From Alphaproteobacteria bacterium (lineage in GTDB: Bacteria; Pseudomonadota; Alphaproteobacteria; SP197), in contig OZ219917.1 in the NCBI GenBank assembly GCA_964291415.2, forward strand, positions 992,001 through 1,056,000: a stretch of DNA of 64,000 nt. Reading direction: 5' to 3'. This document shows, piece by piece, positions 52,870 through 63,150 of the stretch. The notes beneath the pieces were generated by a model. That model had not been told where the DNA came from, made no database searches, and worked only from the letters and a program-made list of their open reading frames with translations. The translations under genes and the position numbers were made by a program. The stretch's first letter is position 1, and each line of letters opens with the position of its first letter.

Positions 52870-55602
52870 ATGACCTTCCGGACCCTTGAAAAGATCACCA
52901 CCCTGCCGGAGCCATACGACAGGGAACAGGCAATCGTGCGGCGGGAACGCTGGCTGGCTGCCTGCGATCTCCTGCCCGAAGTCAGGGAAGTGTCGCATGA
53001 GTTGAGCCGTGATGCCACCGGAAGTGCCCTTCTCGATGCCGTGCTCGGCAACAGCCCCTACCTGGCTCGCTGTCTCGTGCGGCATCCGGGAGTCGTCTCG
53101 CTCTGGGCGAGCGAAGGTCCCGAGGCCAGCGTGCGAGCCGCTCTCGCAGGGCTCGCCCGGGATGGGGCAGGAAACGACCTCGCGCGCCGGCTCCGCCATG
53201 CGCGGGCCATGATCGCGGTGGCGGTGGCGCTGGGCGACATATCCCGTTTGTGGCGTTGGCGGGAGGTCACTCAAGCCCTCTCCGAATACGCCGAAACCGC
53301 CTGCCGTGTCGCCACGGCCCACCTGCTCGCCGGCATCCCGGGTGGTGACGCCCGGAGCGACGATCCTGCGAGGGAGAGTGGCTTCATCGTTCTTGCTCTG
53401 GGCAAGCTCGGAGGTCGCGAGCTGAACTACTCAAGCGACATCGATCTCATAGCGCTGTGGGACGATGAGCGGTTTGCCCGCTTTGGCCCCGATTCTCTTG
53501 CGGTCTCGGTGCGTCTCGTCAGGAGTTTCATCAGGCTGCTCCAGGAACCCACGGCCGACGGTTTCGCCTTGAGGACGGATTTCAGACTGCGCCCCGACCC
53601 TCGCGCCACGCCGCTCGCCATGTCGGTTGATTCCGCGGAACTCTACTACGAGAGTCTTGGTCAGAACTGGGAACGCTCGGCGATGATCAAGGCGCGTCCG
53701 GTCGCCGGTGATCTGGAAGCGGGCGAGGCCTTCCTGGCACGGCTCAGGCCCTTCGTGTGGCGCCGCCATCTGGATTTCGAGGCGATCAGGGACATTCACT
53801 CGATCCGGAGGAAGATTCATGTGTCGAGAGGTGGAGACGTAGTCCGGGTCCCTGGTCACAACCTCAAGCTCGGCCGCGGCGGCATTCGGGAGATCGAATT
53901 TCTCACTCAGGCACACCAGCTGATCTTTGGTGGTCGCAACCCCGACCTGCGCAGGCGGGCAACCTGCGATGCCCTTGAAGCCCTCTGTGAGGCGGCGCTC
54001 ATCGATCGCCAGACTCGCATGGACCTCACAGAGGCGTACGGCGAACTGCGCCGCGTCGAGCATCGCCTGCAGATGATCGACAATGCGCAGACACACGAGG
54101 TTCCCGGCACCCCGGGAAGGCTCGATCACATCTCAACGTTCCTCGCATATCGTGACAGCACCGCGTTCGCCGATCATCTCAAGGATGTCCTGCAGTCGGT
54201 CGAATGTCACTACAGCCGCTTCTTCGAATCGGACGACGAGGCCCGGCCGGCGCCTGCGGCCCAGGGAGGAGAGCTGGTCGCCGCATTGCAGGGCATGGGG
54301 TTTGTGGACTGCGCCGGGATGGCCGCCCGTCTCGGTGCCTGGCGCACCGGCGAGGTTCGTGCCCTGCGTCACGAACGGTCACGGGAACTTGTCGAATCGC
54401 TGCTCCCGCGTCTGCTGGCCGGACTGGCAGCGACAGGGGATCCTGACAGGGCCTTTCGGGCATTTCATGACTTTCTCTGCCACCTGCCCGCCGGCGTGCG
54501 GATCTTTTCCCTCCTGGAGCGTCATCCGCATCTCATCGATCTCGTGGCGGGTATCATGGCAACGTCTCCACGCCTTGCTGCCATGCTCGGCGCGACTCCG
54601 GTTCTCCTTGACTACGCCCTCGCCAGCGAATTCAGCGAACCGCTACCCACGAAGCCCCTTCTCGATGAAGACCTCGCAACCAACCTCCAGATGGCGGAGC
54701 ATGAGGAGGATCTGCTCGATCGGGTCCGTCGCTGGTTTCATGATCGCGAGTTTCGCCTGGCAGTCCGTCTCATCGAAGGCGACTGCGATCCCGCAGGAGT
54801 CCTGAACGACCTTGCCAACCTGCGCGATGTGGTCATCAGTCAGCTCTTCTGCCGCTCGGTTGCCCGGTTCGGCGAGCGGCACGGGTGCTTGCCGGGCGGC
54901 GCGCTGGCCATTCTGGCAGCGGGACGTTACGGCAGACGCACGCCGTCCTTCGGAGCGGCGATCGATCTTGCCATCGTTCACCACCACGACGATCCGGAGG
55001 CACGCTCCGACGGGCCGAGACCGCTCGGTGCGCGGGCATGGACTGACAAGCTGGTGCAACGCCTGATGACTGCGTTGACGGTCACCACCAACGCAGGCTC
55101 CCTGTTTCAGGTCAGGCTGGTCCTTGTTCCGCCGGGCGGTGCCGACACGCGGACGTCGAGTCTCGGGAGACTGCAGGAACTCTGCGACGCGGATGCGTCC
55201 GCGGTGAACAGGTTCGCTCTGGCCGGCGCCAGGGTTGTCGCGGCGACGGAGTCCCTTGGCGACGAGGTCGACCGGGCCATTGCCCGTGCCCGTTCCGGGT
55301 CCGCAATCGACGTGCTTGCAGTGGACGGGGAGTTGATCGATCTGCCGGACTGGCTCTTCGGCACGACGTCGCTTTCCTCTGACCTTTCCGCTGCGAGGAA
55401 CCTGCTGCTCTGCGTCCGTGCGTTCAGAGAGTGCGCCCTAGGCGACGCGTCCCTGGATCCGTCCGGCGCCTTTGCTGAACGACTTGTCAGGCTCACCGGG
55501 TCGACGGACGCCGTCGACCTGCAGGGTCGCCTCGACCGCGCACGGCGCGACATGGAATCTGCAGCCACCCGCCCTCATCGTCTGCAGTCGGGGTCGGCCT
55601 GA
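52870..55602 (+). CDS. glnE: Glutamine synthetase adenylyltransferase/removase GlnE (second nucleotidyltransferase domain degenerate)
   Basis: LGKLGGRELNYSSDIDLI, DFRLRPDP, GQNWER.AMIKAR, NLKLGRGGIREIEF. Confidence 0.9.
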   Translation: MTFRTLEKITTLPEPYDREQAIVRRERWLAACDLLPEVREVSHELSRDATGSALLDAVLGNSPYLARCLVRHPGVVSLWASEGPEASVRAALAGLARDGAGNDLARRLRHARAMIAVAVALGDISRLWRWREVTQALSEYAETACRVATAHLLAGIPGGDARSDDPARESGFIVLALGKLGGRELNYSSDIDLIALWDDERFARFGPDSLAVSVRLVRSFIRLLQEPTADGFALRTDFRLRPDPRATPLAMSVDSAELYYESLGQNWERSAMIKARPVAGDLEAGEAFLARLRPFVWRRHLDFEAIRDIHSIRRKIHVSRGGDVVRVPGHNLKLGRGGIREIEFLTQAHQLIFGGRNPDLRRRATCDALEALCEAALIDRQTRMDLTEAYGELRRVEHRLQMIDNAQTHEVPGTPGRLDHISTFLAYRDSTAFADHLKDVLQSVECHYSRFFESDDEARPAPAAQGGELVAALQGMGFVDCAGMAARLGAWRTGEVRALRHERSRELVESLLPRLLAGLAATGDPDRAFRAFHDFLCHLPAGVRIFSLLERHPHLIDLVAGIMATSPRLAAMLGATPVLLDYALASEFSEPLPTKPLLDEDLATNLQMAEHEEDLLDRVRRWFHDREFRLAVRLIEGDCDPAGVLNDLANLRDVVISQLFCRSVARFGERHGCLPGGALAILAAGRYGRRTPSFGAAIDLAIVHHHDDPEARSDGPRPLGARAWTDKLVQRLMTALTVTTNAGSLFQVRLVLVPPGGADTRTSSLGRLQELCDADASAVNRFALAGARVVAATESLGDEVDRAIARARSGSAIDVLAVDGELIDLPDWLFGTTSLSSDLSAARNLLLCVRAFRECALGDASLDPSGAFAERLVRLTGSTDAVDLQGRLDRARRDMESAATRPHRLQSGSA

Positions 55603-55623
55603 GTCAGGTCTGTCCCGTTGCCG

Positions 55624-56274
55624 TCAGGACCTGTGGTCCGTGGCGGGAGTGATCCGGTAGCAGCAGCGATCACTCCCGGACAACAGGTGGTCAATGCGTT
55701 CGACCTTCACCTTGCGGCCGAGGATGTTCTGGAACATGAAGAGTTCCGCCGTGCACAGTTCGCCGCACGTGCGCGCGGCAGCTGCGATGGAACAGTGGCT
55801 CTCGATGAAGATGTGGCTGCCGCCATCTTCCCGGTGCCACTCCGCCATGAAACCGTCGGCTGTGCGCTGATCGGCGAGGACGGCGAGGCGGTCCTCCGTG
55901 GAACTGCCGGGCTCGATGAAGGAACGGTACCTCTCCGTCGTCTCACGGCGATAGGCCGTGATCAGCTTTCTCAACCCCGACGCGCCGAAGACCTTGCGGA
56001 TGCCACGAAGGAGGGCTTCGGAAAGATCGAGATGGTTGTCCGGAAACTCGCCGTTCCCTCGCGACGTGAGGGCCCAGATCCGTGCCGGACGACCGACGCC
56101 TGACCAGGATTCCCGGTAGTCGGTCAGGCGATCCGTATGCAGACGCCTGAGGTGCTGGCGAACGGCGACGGTGCTGATGTCCAGATGCGAAGCAAGGGTC
56201 GATGCCGACATCGGTCCCTGCGTCTTCAGCAGAAACAGGATCCTTTGCCGTGAATGTCTCCTGATCTGCGCCAT
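55624..56274 (-). CDS. SufR-like/ArsR-type wHTH regulator with C-terminal Cys cluster
   Basis: RQRILFLLK..GP, AVRQHL, VGRP, FPD, GFMAE, ESHCSI..A..C..LC..EL, RCCY. Confidence 0.75.
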   Translation of the reverse strand: MAQIRRHSRQRILFLLKTQGPMSASTLASHLDISTVAVRQHLRRLHTDRLTDYRESWSGVGRPARIWALTSRGNGEFPDNHLDLSEALLRGIRKVFGASGLRKLITAYRRETTERYRSFIEPGSSTEDRLAVLADQRTADGFMAEWHREDGGSHIFIESHCSIAAAARTCGELCTAELFMFQNILGRKVKVERIDHLLSGSDRCCYRITPATDHRS

Positions 56275-56348
56275 AAGGCACAGTGATGCATGCGCTCATA
56301 ACGGTCAAGGCGCCGGCGCAGGCATGCCCCGGCCTGCCTCCCGATATG

Positions 56349-57665
56349 TCAGGAGCCCAGGCGGGGAAGCCAGAGCACCAGATCGGGGATGGCGAAGAGG
56401 AGGCCGATGCGCACCAGTTCGATGGCAATGAAGGGAATGAGACCGCGAAAGGTGTCGCTGAGCGCCACGCTCCTTGCGAGGCCGTGGATGACGTAGACGT
56501 TCATGCCGACAGGAGGGGTGATGAGGCCGAGTTCAATGACCACAAGGGCGAGAATGCCGAACCAGATGGCCGTGTCGTCGGCCGTCATTCCGAGATCCAG
56601 CGCCAGGAGGATGGGCAGGAACACCGGCATGGTCAGCAGGATGACGGAGAGCGAATCCATGAAACAGCCGGCGGCGAGATAGAAGAGCAGCATCAGGAAG
56701 ACCACGAGCCAGGGCCCGGTGCCGGCTCCTGTCAGCCAGGCGCCCAGTTCCTGGGGCAGCCGGGTGAAGGCAAGACCGGCACTGAAGAGTTCGGCGCCCA
56801 GGAGAATGAGAAAGATCATCGCCGAAGTCTGCCCTGTGGCCAGCAGCGCGGTCACGAGGCCCCGCATTCGCATGCCGCGTGCCAGGGCCAGGAAGAACGT
56901 CGCAACAGCCCCCACCGATGCCCCTTCGACAGGCGTGAACCAGCCGATGTAGATACCGCCGATCACCACCACGAAGACACCAACGACCACCCATACGCTG
57001 GCCAGGGCCCGCCGCCTGTCTTGACGGTCGGCACGGGCCTCGAGGGGCGCGATCGAAGGCCGGAGCCAGACCGACACCTGGATGGCAACGACAAACCCCA
57101 ACACCGCGAGGAGACCGGGAAGGAGTGCTGCAAGGAACATGTCGCCGATCAGCTGTTCGCTCAGGATGGCGTAGATCACCAGCACGAAACTCGGCGGAAT
57201 GAGAATGCCCAGCGTGCCGCCGGCAGCCAGTGTCGCGGTGGCGAAGGACCCGGCGTAGCCGGCACGACGCATTTCCGGCCAGGCTGCCTGGCCCATCGTG
57301 GCGGCCGTGGCGAGTGACGAACCGCAGATGGCGCCGAACCCCGCTGCGCCGGTGACGGAGGCGAGAGCGAGACCGCCGCGCCGGTGGCCCATCCAGGCGC
57401 GCGCCGCAGCGAAGAGGGCCAGGTTCATGCCCGACTGCGTGGCGAACTGGCCCATCAGGAGAAAGAGCGGGATGACGGCCAGACTGTGGGTGGAGGCGAG
57501 AAAGAAGGGCGTCGTCTGCAGGTGAAAGAACAAGGGGTCGACACCACGCACGACGGCATAGGCGACACCACCGGTGACCAGCATGGCAAGTCCCACCGGG
57601 ACCCTGAGAACGATCAGTCCGAGCAGGCCGGCCAACATGGCAAGGCCGGTCTCGACACCGCTCAA
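56349..57665 (-). CDS. TRAP transporter large permease DctM
   Basis: IPLFLLMG, FGAICGSS.ATAA, GGTLGILIPPS, FTPVEG, ELGLITPPVGMN. Confidence 0.92.
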   Translation of the reverse strand: MSGVETGLAMLAGLLGLIVLRVPVGLAMLVTGGVAYAVVRGVDPLFFHLQTTPFFLASTHSLAVIPLFLLMGQFATQSGMNLALFAAARAWMGHRRGGLALASVTGAAGFGAICGSSLATAATMGQAAWPEMRRAGYAGSFATATLAAGGTLGILIPPSFVLVIYAILSEQLIGDMFLAALLPGLLAVLGFVVAIQVSVWLRPSIAPLEARADRQDRRRALASVWVVVGVFVVVIGGIYIGWFTPVEGASVGAVATFFLALARGMRMRGLVTALLATGQTSAMIFLILLGAELFSAGLAFTRLPQELGAWLTGAGTGPWLVVFLMLLFYLAAGCFMDSLSVILLTMPVFLPILLALDLGMTADDTAIWFGILALVVIELGLITPPVGMNVYVIHGLARSVALSDTFRGLIPFIAIELVRIGLLFAIPDLVLWLPRLGS

Positions 57666-57756
57666 GGGTCACCTCGCCAGCCGTTCGTCACGACCGGGCC
57701 GAACCCGGCCTGTTGCACCGGCAGCGGGCCAGCCGGAACGGTGGGCGCGTGGGCTG

Positions 57757-58221
57757 TCACCGGTCGGCGTGGGAGACGCTGACGAGACTGACGGCAGCGA
57801 GCAACACCAGGGAGAAGACGATCGCCGGAAACAGCCACCACAGGGCGAGTCCGAGGACCATTGTCGATTCCTGCCACGCTCTCAGATCCTCGCCTCCCAG
57901 GTACATGCGCCAGGCGAGCAGCAGCGCCACCACCACCAGGAGGCACGCTGCTGCGGCATCGAGCCAGGCGACGGCGCGTGGCGCCAGCCAACGCCGCGCC
58001 AGGGCGACGGTGACATGACCACGCTGTACCTGGCACCAGGGCAGACCGGCAAAGAAGGCGAGCGCGCTTCCCAACGCCACCAGTTCCGTATCGCCGGGAA
58101 CCGGCCCCCAGCCGAGATTTCTGCCGGCGATGGAAAAAACCGACACCAGGGCGACGGCCATCAGGGCGGCGGCACCGACAAGGGCCCAGGCCGCGGCCAG
58201 GCGGTGGAGAAGGCGTGTCAA
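57757..58221 (-). CDS. TRAP transporter small permease DctQ (start uncertain)
   Basis: GR..PVPGDTELV, LPWCQ..RGHV.V, four TM segments, between dctP and dctM. Confidence 0.82.
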   Translation of the reverse strand: MTRLLHRLAAAWALVGAAALMAVALVSVFSIAGRNLGWGPVPGDTELVALGSALAFFAGLPWCQVQRGHVTVALARRWLAPRAVAWLDAAAACLLVVVALLLAWRMYLGGEDLRAWQESTMVLGLALWWLFPAIVFSLVLLAAVSLVSVSHADR

Positions 58222-58234
58222 GGGAAGGCCGGGG

Positions 58235-59251
58235 TCATTCCCCGTAGTGGTCGACGAGACTCTTCGCCTCGTCCAGGAGCGCCTGGCCGTCGAGGCCCGA
58301 CTCGTCCATGGCTGCGACCCAGGCATCGATTATCGGCTGCGTGGCCTGGCGCCAGCGCTCCTGTTCGGCGGCATCGAGAACGATGATGTTGCCGCCGCCA
58401 TCGGCCACGATCCTGCGCGCCTCGATCTCGTTCGCATCCCAGATGGCGCCTGCCCGGCGCGCCGCCTCCACCCCCGAGTTGTCGTCGATCACCTGCTTGA
58501 GGGCATCGGGCAGGCCGTCGTAGACGTCCCGGTTCATCGCCAGGAGGAACACCGCGGTGTAGAGACCGCTTTCGGTGTGATGACGGGTGAGTTCCGGCAG
58601 ACGCAGGGCGAGGGTGACCTCGTACGGAACGAGGGCGCCCTCGACAACGCCCCTGGAGACGGCCTCGGGCACCTCCGGCACGGGCATCCCCACCGGGACG
58701 GCCCCCAGAGCCCCCAGTGCTGCGTTGATCTGGCGGGACGGTGCCCGCAACCTGAGCCCGGCGAAATCCTCGATCGAGGCAACCGGTGTCGAGCGCGTGT
58801 GAATGACGCCAGGAGCGTGGGCATGGAGGATGAGGGGCTTCACCCCATCGAACTCCTCGACGAGATGGTCATCATGGAAGTCCATGACCGCCTGACTCGT
58901 CGCTTCGGCGGAACCGGCGACGAAGGGCAGTTCGAAGACCTCGGCAACGGGAAAGCGGCCGGGGGTGTAGCCGGGCAGGGTCCAGATGATGTCAGCAATG
59001 CCCGTGCGCGCCTGATCGAAGAGCTGGGGCGGTTTGCCGCCCAGCGTCATCGACGGGTAGATCTCGATGGCGATGCGGCCCCCGGACTGCTCCTCCACCC
59101 TTTCTGCCCAGGGTGCCAGAAAGGTCTTGTGGGTGTTGGACTGGGGCGACAGGAAATGGTGCAGGGTGAGCGTGACATCCTGTGCCGGAGAGGGCAGCGT
59201 TCCGGCGGCGAGAAGGACGAGGCTGGCGAGGAGTGCCGGTCGCATGTCCAT
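58235..59251 (-). CDS. TRAP transporter substrate-binding protein DctP
   Basis: Signal peptide, LHHFL, SGGRI.IEIYPSM.LGG, GYTPGRFP..EVFELPF, GLRLRAP. Confidence 0.92.
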   Translation of the reverse strand: MDMRPALLASLVLLAAGTLPSPAQDVTLTLHHFLSPQSNTHKTFLAPWAERVEEQSGGRIAIEIYPSMTLGGKPPQLFDQARTGIADIIWTLPGYTPGRFPVAEVFELPFVAGSAEATSQAVMDFHDDHLVEEFDGVKPLILHAHAPGVIHTRSTPVASIEDFAGLRLRAPSRQINAALGALGAVPVGMPVPEVPEAVSRGVVEGALVPYEVTLALRLPELTRHHTESGLYTAVFLLAMNRDVYDGLPDALKQVIDDNSGVEAARRAGAIWDANEIEARRIVADGGGNIIVLDAAEQERWRQATQPIIDAWVAAMDESGLDGQALLDEAKSLVDHYGE

Positions 59252-59371
59252 GACGGATCTCCGATCTCGGGGCGGGCGGACCATTAGAGTGGAAAGGCGG
59301 CCCATGCAACGCCGAAATTGGCAGCAACGGCGTGGACGATGTGCTGCGCCCCGGCTAGTTTGCGCGCCGTC

Positions 59372-60182
59372 ATGACGCGCTTCACTATCGCCACCTGGAA
59401 CATCAACTCGGTCCGTCTGCGGATCGAGCAGGTGCTGGGGTTTCTGGACAAGTACCGGCCGGACGTGCTGTGTCTCCAGGAAACCAGAACGGCCGACGCC
59501 ACCTTTCCCGGCGACGCGTTCGCGGAAGCGGGCTGGCCGCACGCCATGATTGCCGGGTTCAAGGGCCGCAACGGTGTGGCGATCCTGAGCCGCCACCCCT
59601 TTGCCGCCAGCCGCGTGCTGTCGTGGTGCGGCAGGGACGATGGTCGCCACGTCCAGGTGACATTTCCCGACGGCCTCCAGCTCGACAACATCTACGTGCC
59701 GGCAGGCGGCGCCATTCCGGATCCGGAGATCAACGAGCTGTTCGCCCACAAGCTCGACTTCCTGGAGGAGGTGACGAAGTGGATCGTCGGAGAGCAGGAA
59801 ACGGGCTCGCGACGAATTCTTGTCGGCGACTTCAACATCGCGCCACTGGAAAACGACGTGTGGTCGCACAAGAAGCTCATTCGCGCCGTCTCCCACACCC
59901 CGGTGGAGGTGGCTGCACTGGGGCGTCTCTACGCGTCCCATGACTGGACCGACAGTGCCCGACATTTCGTGCCGGCCTCCGAGAAGCTCTATTCCTGGTG
60001 GCCCTACAGGAGTGGCCGGGACTGGTCCGCAAGGGACCATGGCCGGCGCCTCGATCACGTCTGGGTGACCCCGGCCCTTGGTGTCGTCGCTGCGGAGTTG
60101 CGAGACACTGCGTCACATGCGCGGACACGACCAGCCAAGCGATCATGTTCCGGTGATCGTCACCCTGGAGTTCTCCGGATGA
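59372..60182 (+). CDS. xth: Exodeoxyribonuclease III, +1 frameshift near 60079
   Basis: ATWNINSVR, LCLQET, NGVAILS, YVPAG, GDFNIAP, YSWW, RLDHVW. The catalytic QPSDHVPVIVTLE* lies in the adjacent frame, ending at TGA 60180-60182. Confidence 0.88.
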
Positions 60183-60943
60183 GCGCGGACAAGGCCTGGC
60201 ATGTCTCCGTCGAGGGCGCCATCGTCACACTGACGCTCGATCGGCCGGACAAGCACAATCTGCTGAAAATGTCCGAGGTCGACGATCTGATCGGCGACCT
60301 CGATGCCCTTGATGCCGACACCTCGCTCAGGGTGATCGTGATCACGGGCACGGGTAGCAGGACGTTCTCGGCCGGAGTCGACCTCGGCGACATCCTGACC
60401 CGGGACTGGACCGACAATCCCGTGGAGCGCCTTGCCGACCGCATCGAGGAGCTGCGCCCGGTGACCGTCGCGGCGCTCAACGGCAACGTCTACGGTGCGG
60501 CCGCCGATCTTGCCCTGGCTTGCGATTTCCGCATCGGCGTCGAGGGCATGAGGCTGGTCATGCCACCGGCGCGCTATGGGCTCGTCTTCCATGAATCGGG
60601 TCTGCGCCGTTTCATCGAGAAGCTGGGCCCCGGAACCGCGCGTCAGCTTTTCCTTGCGTCTTGCGACATGCCCGCCCGGCGCCTCCTCGAGACCGGGTAT
60701 CTCGACCAGTTGTGCGCCCGCGACGACTTTGCCGACACGGTGAAGGCGTTCGCCGGGCACCTTGCGTCCCTCTCCCCGCTGTCTCTTGCCATCACCTCGC
60801 AGGCGATCACGGACATCTCGCGGGGCACGCTCGATTCCGCCAGGCTCAAGCGTGAGACGGTGGCGTGTTTTTCCACCGACGATGCCCGCGAAGGCATGGC
60901 CGCGGCACGGGAGAAGAGACCTCCCCGATTCACCGGCCGCTGA
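60179..60943 (+). CDS. Enoyl-CoA hydratase/isomerase family protein
   Basis: LTLDRPDKHN, FSAGVDL, AALNG..YGAA.DLALACDFRI, D.REG..A.REKR.P.F.GR. ATGA overlap with the corrected xth. Confidence 0.9.
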   Translation: MSADKAWHVSVEGAIVTLTLDRPDKHNLLKMSEVDDLIGDLDALDADTSLRVIVITGTGSRTFSAGVDLGDILTRDWTDNPVERLADRIEELRPVTVAALNGNVYGAAADLALACDFRIGVEGMRLVMPPARYGLVFHESGLRRFIEKLGPGTARQLFLASCDMPARRLLETGYLDQLCARDDFADTVKAFAGHLASLSPLSLAITSQAITDISRGTLDSARLKRETVACFSTDDAREGMAAAREKRPPRFTGR

Positions 60944-61170
60944 CGGGGCGCGGAACGGCGTTCGACGAGTCGCCAGCCTCTCGCGGTCGGGTCATGTCGG
61001 TGTCAACGGGGAACCGATCTTCCGGGAGAACCGGTCGCCGGCGCGGAGATGCTGGCTGACACCGGACGGAGGGCAGCACGAATCCGTCCTGGCCCTGTGC
61101 CACAGTGAACTCACGCTCCGGTTCCCGTACCCGATGCAGCAGACGACAAGCGGGGGCCTTCCCGCTGGGG

Positions 61171-61947
61171 TCACGGGCCGCCTGTCGTGTTGCCGTCCAC
61201 GAACTCTGCGGCCCGGAAAGACAGTTCCTTGTAAAGGACCATGAGGACGTCGTCCTTGAAGAAGTGGTACCGGCACGGCTCCTCACCCCAGGCGACGACG
61301 TGCCAGCAGACCCCTCCTTCGTCATCGATGCTCCAGGTGCCGGTCTGGTGAACGCCGTTCCACACGGTCGTCAGGGCGAAATCGGGCGCGTGGTAGACCG
61401 CGCCATAGGCGTCGGCGTCGAGGATCGCGGTCTTGTCCGAGACCAGTGCGAGGGTCTCCTCCGGCGTGAAGAGCTCCAGGGCAAAGTTCGGATCGATGTC
61501 TTCGGCGGAATCCGGCGCTTCGACACCGGCCTGCAGGTAATCAAGGGTGTTGCCTTCCTGGAGCTCGGGAGCGGGTCCCGAGTCACCCTGGTAGGCGTAC
61601 ATGATGGCTCCGGCGCTGTGATAGTAGGCCTCGCAAGGAAGCTCGCCCCAACTGTCGATGTGCCAGCACAGTTCACCGTGCTCCGTAGTCGACCATGTTC
61701 CGCTGTCGCGCGCACCGTCCCACAGGGTCTGAAGGGTTCCGTCCTCTGCATAATGGGCCCCACCGTTCGGGTCCCAGACCTGGGTGTTGCCGGCGAGATA
61801 CGCATAGAGTTCACCGCGGGTGAAGCGCGTCGCATTCTCGGGCAAGTCGGGGTTGTCCTGGGCGGACGCAAGCGTTGCGAGCGAAGTAGCTGCAAGAAAC
61901 AGCAGCAGAGCCAGCATCGCTTGCACGGATCTTGTCCATGTTGTCAT
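61171..61947 (-). CDS. Secreted protein with two tandem DUF995-like domains
   Basis: Signal peptide. Two similar units: EL...L.G.T..Y..DG..W.G....GTWS....G.LCWH..W...PC. Confidence 0.65.
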   Translation of the reverse strand: MTTWTRSVQAMLALLLFLAATSLATLASAQDNPDLPENATRFTRGELYAYLAGNTQVWDPNGGAHYAEDGTLQTLWDGARDSGTWSTTEHGELCWHIDSWGELPCEAYYHSAGAIMYAYQGDSGPAPELQEGNTLDYLQAGVEAPDSAEDIDPNFALELFTPEETLALVSDKTAILDADAYGAVYHAPDFALTTVWNGVHQTGTWSIDDEGGVCWHVVAWGEEPCRYHFFKDDVLMVLYKELSFRAAEFVDGNTTGGP

Positions 61948-62093
61948 GGTGTTTGCTCCCGTCTGCCGCTGGCAGGATCTTCAGTCTTTCCACAGGACGC
62001 CCACTGACGACATGCGCCGCGCACGCCATCGCAGGAGCTCATCGTTGGACCTGCCACAGCATGGCTCCAGTGACAGGATAGGGCAGGGACGCC

Positions 62094-63083
62094 CTACTGC
62101 GCGGTGAGCTGTGCGCTTTCCATGTCATCGTTCGGATCCGGCATCTGGCCATAGGAGTCCGGTGGCCATGCGAGACAACGGCCCTCACTGTCCCCGGTCA
62201 GGAAGCCGCCCGCACCGCCGTCGGGGCCACCCCAGCGATCGGACTGCCCGTTGTCACGGTAGTTGAAGAAGAGATACTCGGTTTCGAGGTCATAGCCCAT
62301 CGCAATGGCTTCCTCGGTGAGGGCGCCGTCTTCATCGACCCAGGCAATGCCATTGGCGTCAAGGAAGTAGTCGTCTGCCATCACGCCTTCCAGCATCTTG
62401 TTGCACCTGTCGCCATGGCCGAAGTCACGATTGGCGAGCGTGCGGCCGATACGCGCGTTGCAGTCGGTCCGGATCTGGTTGAGGCCGTAGAACGACGATT
62501 CCATGAAAGGCGAGCCGTCCCACTCGATCAGATGGCCCTTCTCGTCGGTCGCGAAGTGGCCACCGGCAAAGTGCAGCATCAGCCACCAGCCGTCGGCGTT
62601 CTCCGAGGCGACCGTTCGGATGTAGTCCCGGTACCATTCGACGTAGTAGCCGTAGGCGTCCCAGGGCCAGTCGGTCACGCCGGTCAGGGACTGGCAGTCA
62701 TAATCGTCGTGGGCGCAGGTTCCGCCCCGTGCCCCTTCGGTGTTGTAGTAGGCCCAGCAGATGGTCGACTGGCCGAGGTCGGAGTTGCTGTATCGATGTT
62801 GCAGATCGTAGAGATGCGCGTGGATTGTGGGGTAGCGGATGCTGTCGAGCAGTTCCTGTGACGGTTCCAGTGACAACAACCCCTTTTCCGCATCGATGGT
62901 CAGCGTCATCTCGCCATTGACCGTGGGATCGCCGTGGGGCACCCAGCCGGGCTCGTAGCTGTTGGGCGCTCCGCATACCGGAAAGGTGTAGGTCAGGATC
63001 TCGGCGTGGCCGCTCGAGGGAACCGTGCAGGCCGTGAAAAGGGCTGTCACGGCGAAGAGGGCATGGCGGTGTTTCCTGAACAT
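62094..63083 (-). CDS. Uncharacterised secreted or lipoprotein, aromatic/acidic/Cys-rich, possibly CHRD-like
   Basis: 329-aa ORF with GGAGG RBS, signal peptide (possible FTAC lipobox) and coding-like composition. Confidence 0.6.
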   Translation of the reverse strand: MFRKHRHALFAVTALFTACTVPSSGHAEILTYTFPVCGAPNSYEPGWVPHGDPTVNGEMTLTIDAEKGLLSLEPSQELLDSIRYPTIHAHLYDLQHRYSNSDLGQSTICWAYYNTEGARGGTCAHDDYDCQSLTGVTDWPWDAYGYYVEWYRDYIRTVASENADGWWLMLHFAGGHFATDEKGHLIEWDGSPFMESSFYGLNQIRTDCNARIGRTLANRDFGHGDRCNKMLEGVMADDYFLDANGIAWVDEDGALTEEAIAMGYDLETEYLFFNYRDNGQSDRWGGPDGGAGGFLTGDSEGRCLAWPPDSYGQMPDPNDDMESAQLTAQ

Positions 63084-63150
63084 GGCACAAGATCCTCCGT
63101 TGCACTCGGAAGCAACTGTGTCAGTCCGGAACCGCCTTGTCCACCTGAAA

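Noticed and set aside
59318-60943. Apparent exonuclease III-enoyl-CoA hydratase fusion (541 aa in the ORF track)
   Set aside because: The essential PSDHVPV motif and a stop overlapping the hydratase ATG (ATGA, 60179-60182) lie in another frame. A single indel near 60079 explains the fusion.
60945-61170. Possible Fic-domain shard (VLALCHSELTLRFPY)
   Set aside because: Lacks the HPFxxGNGR motif and is too short to support.
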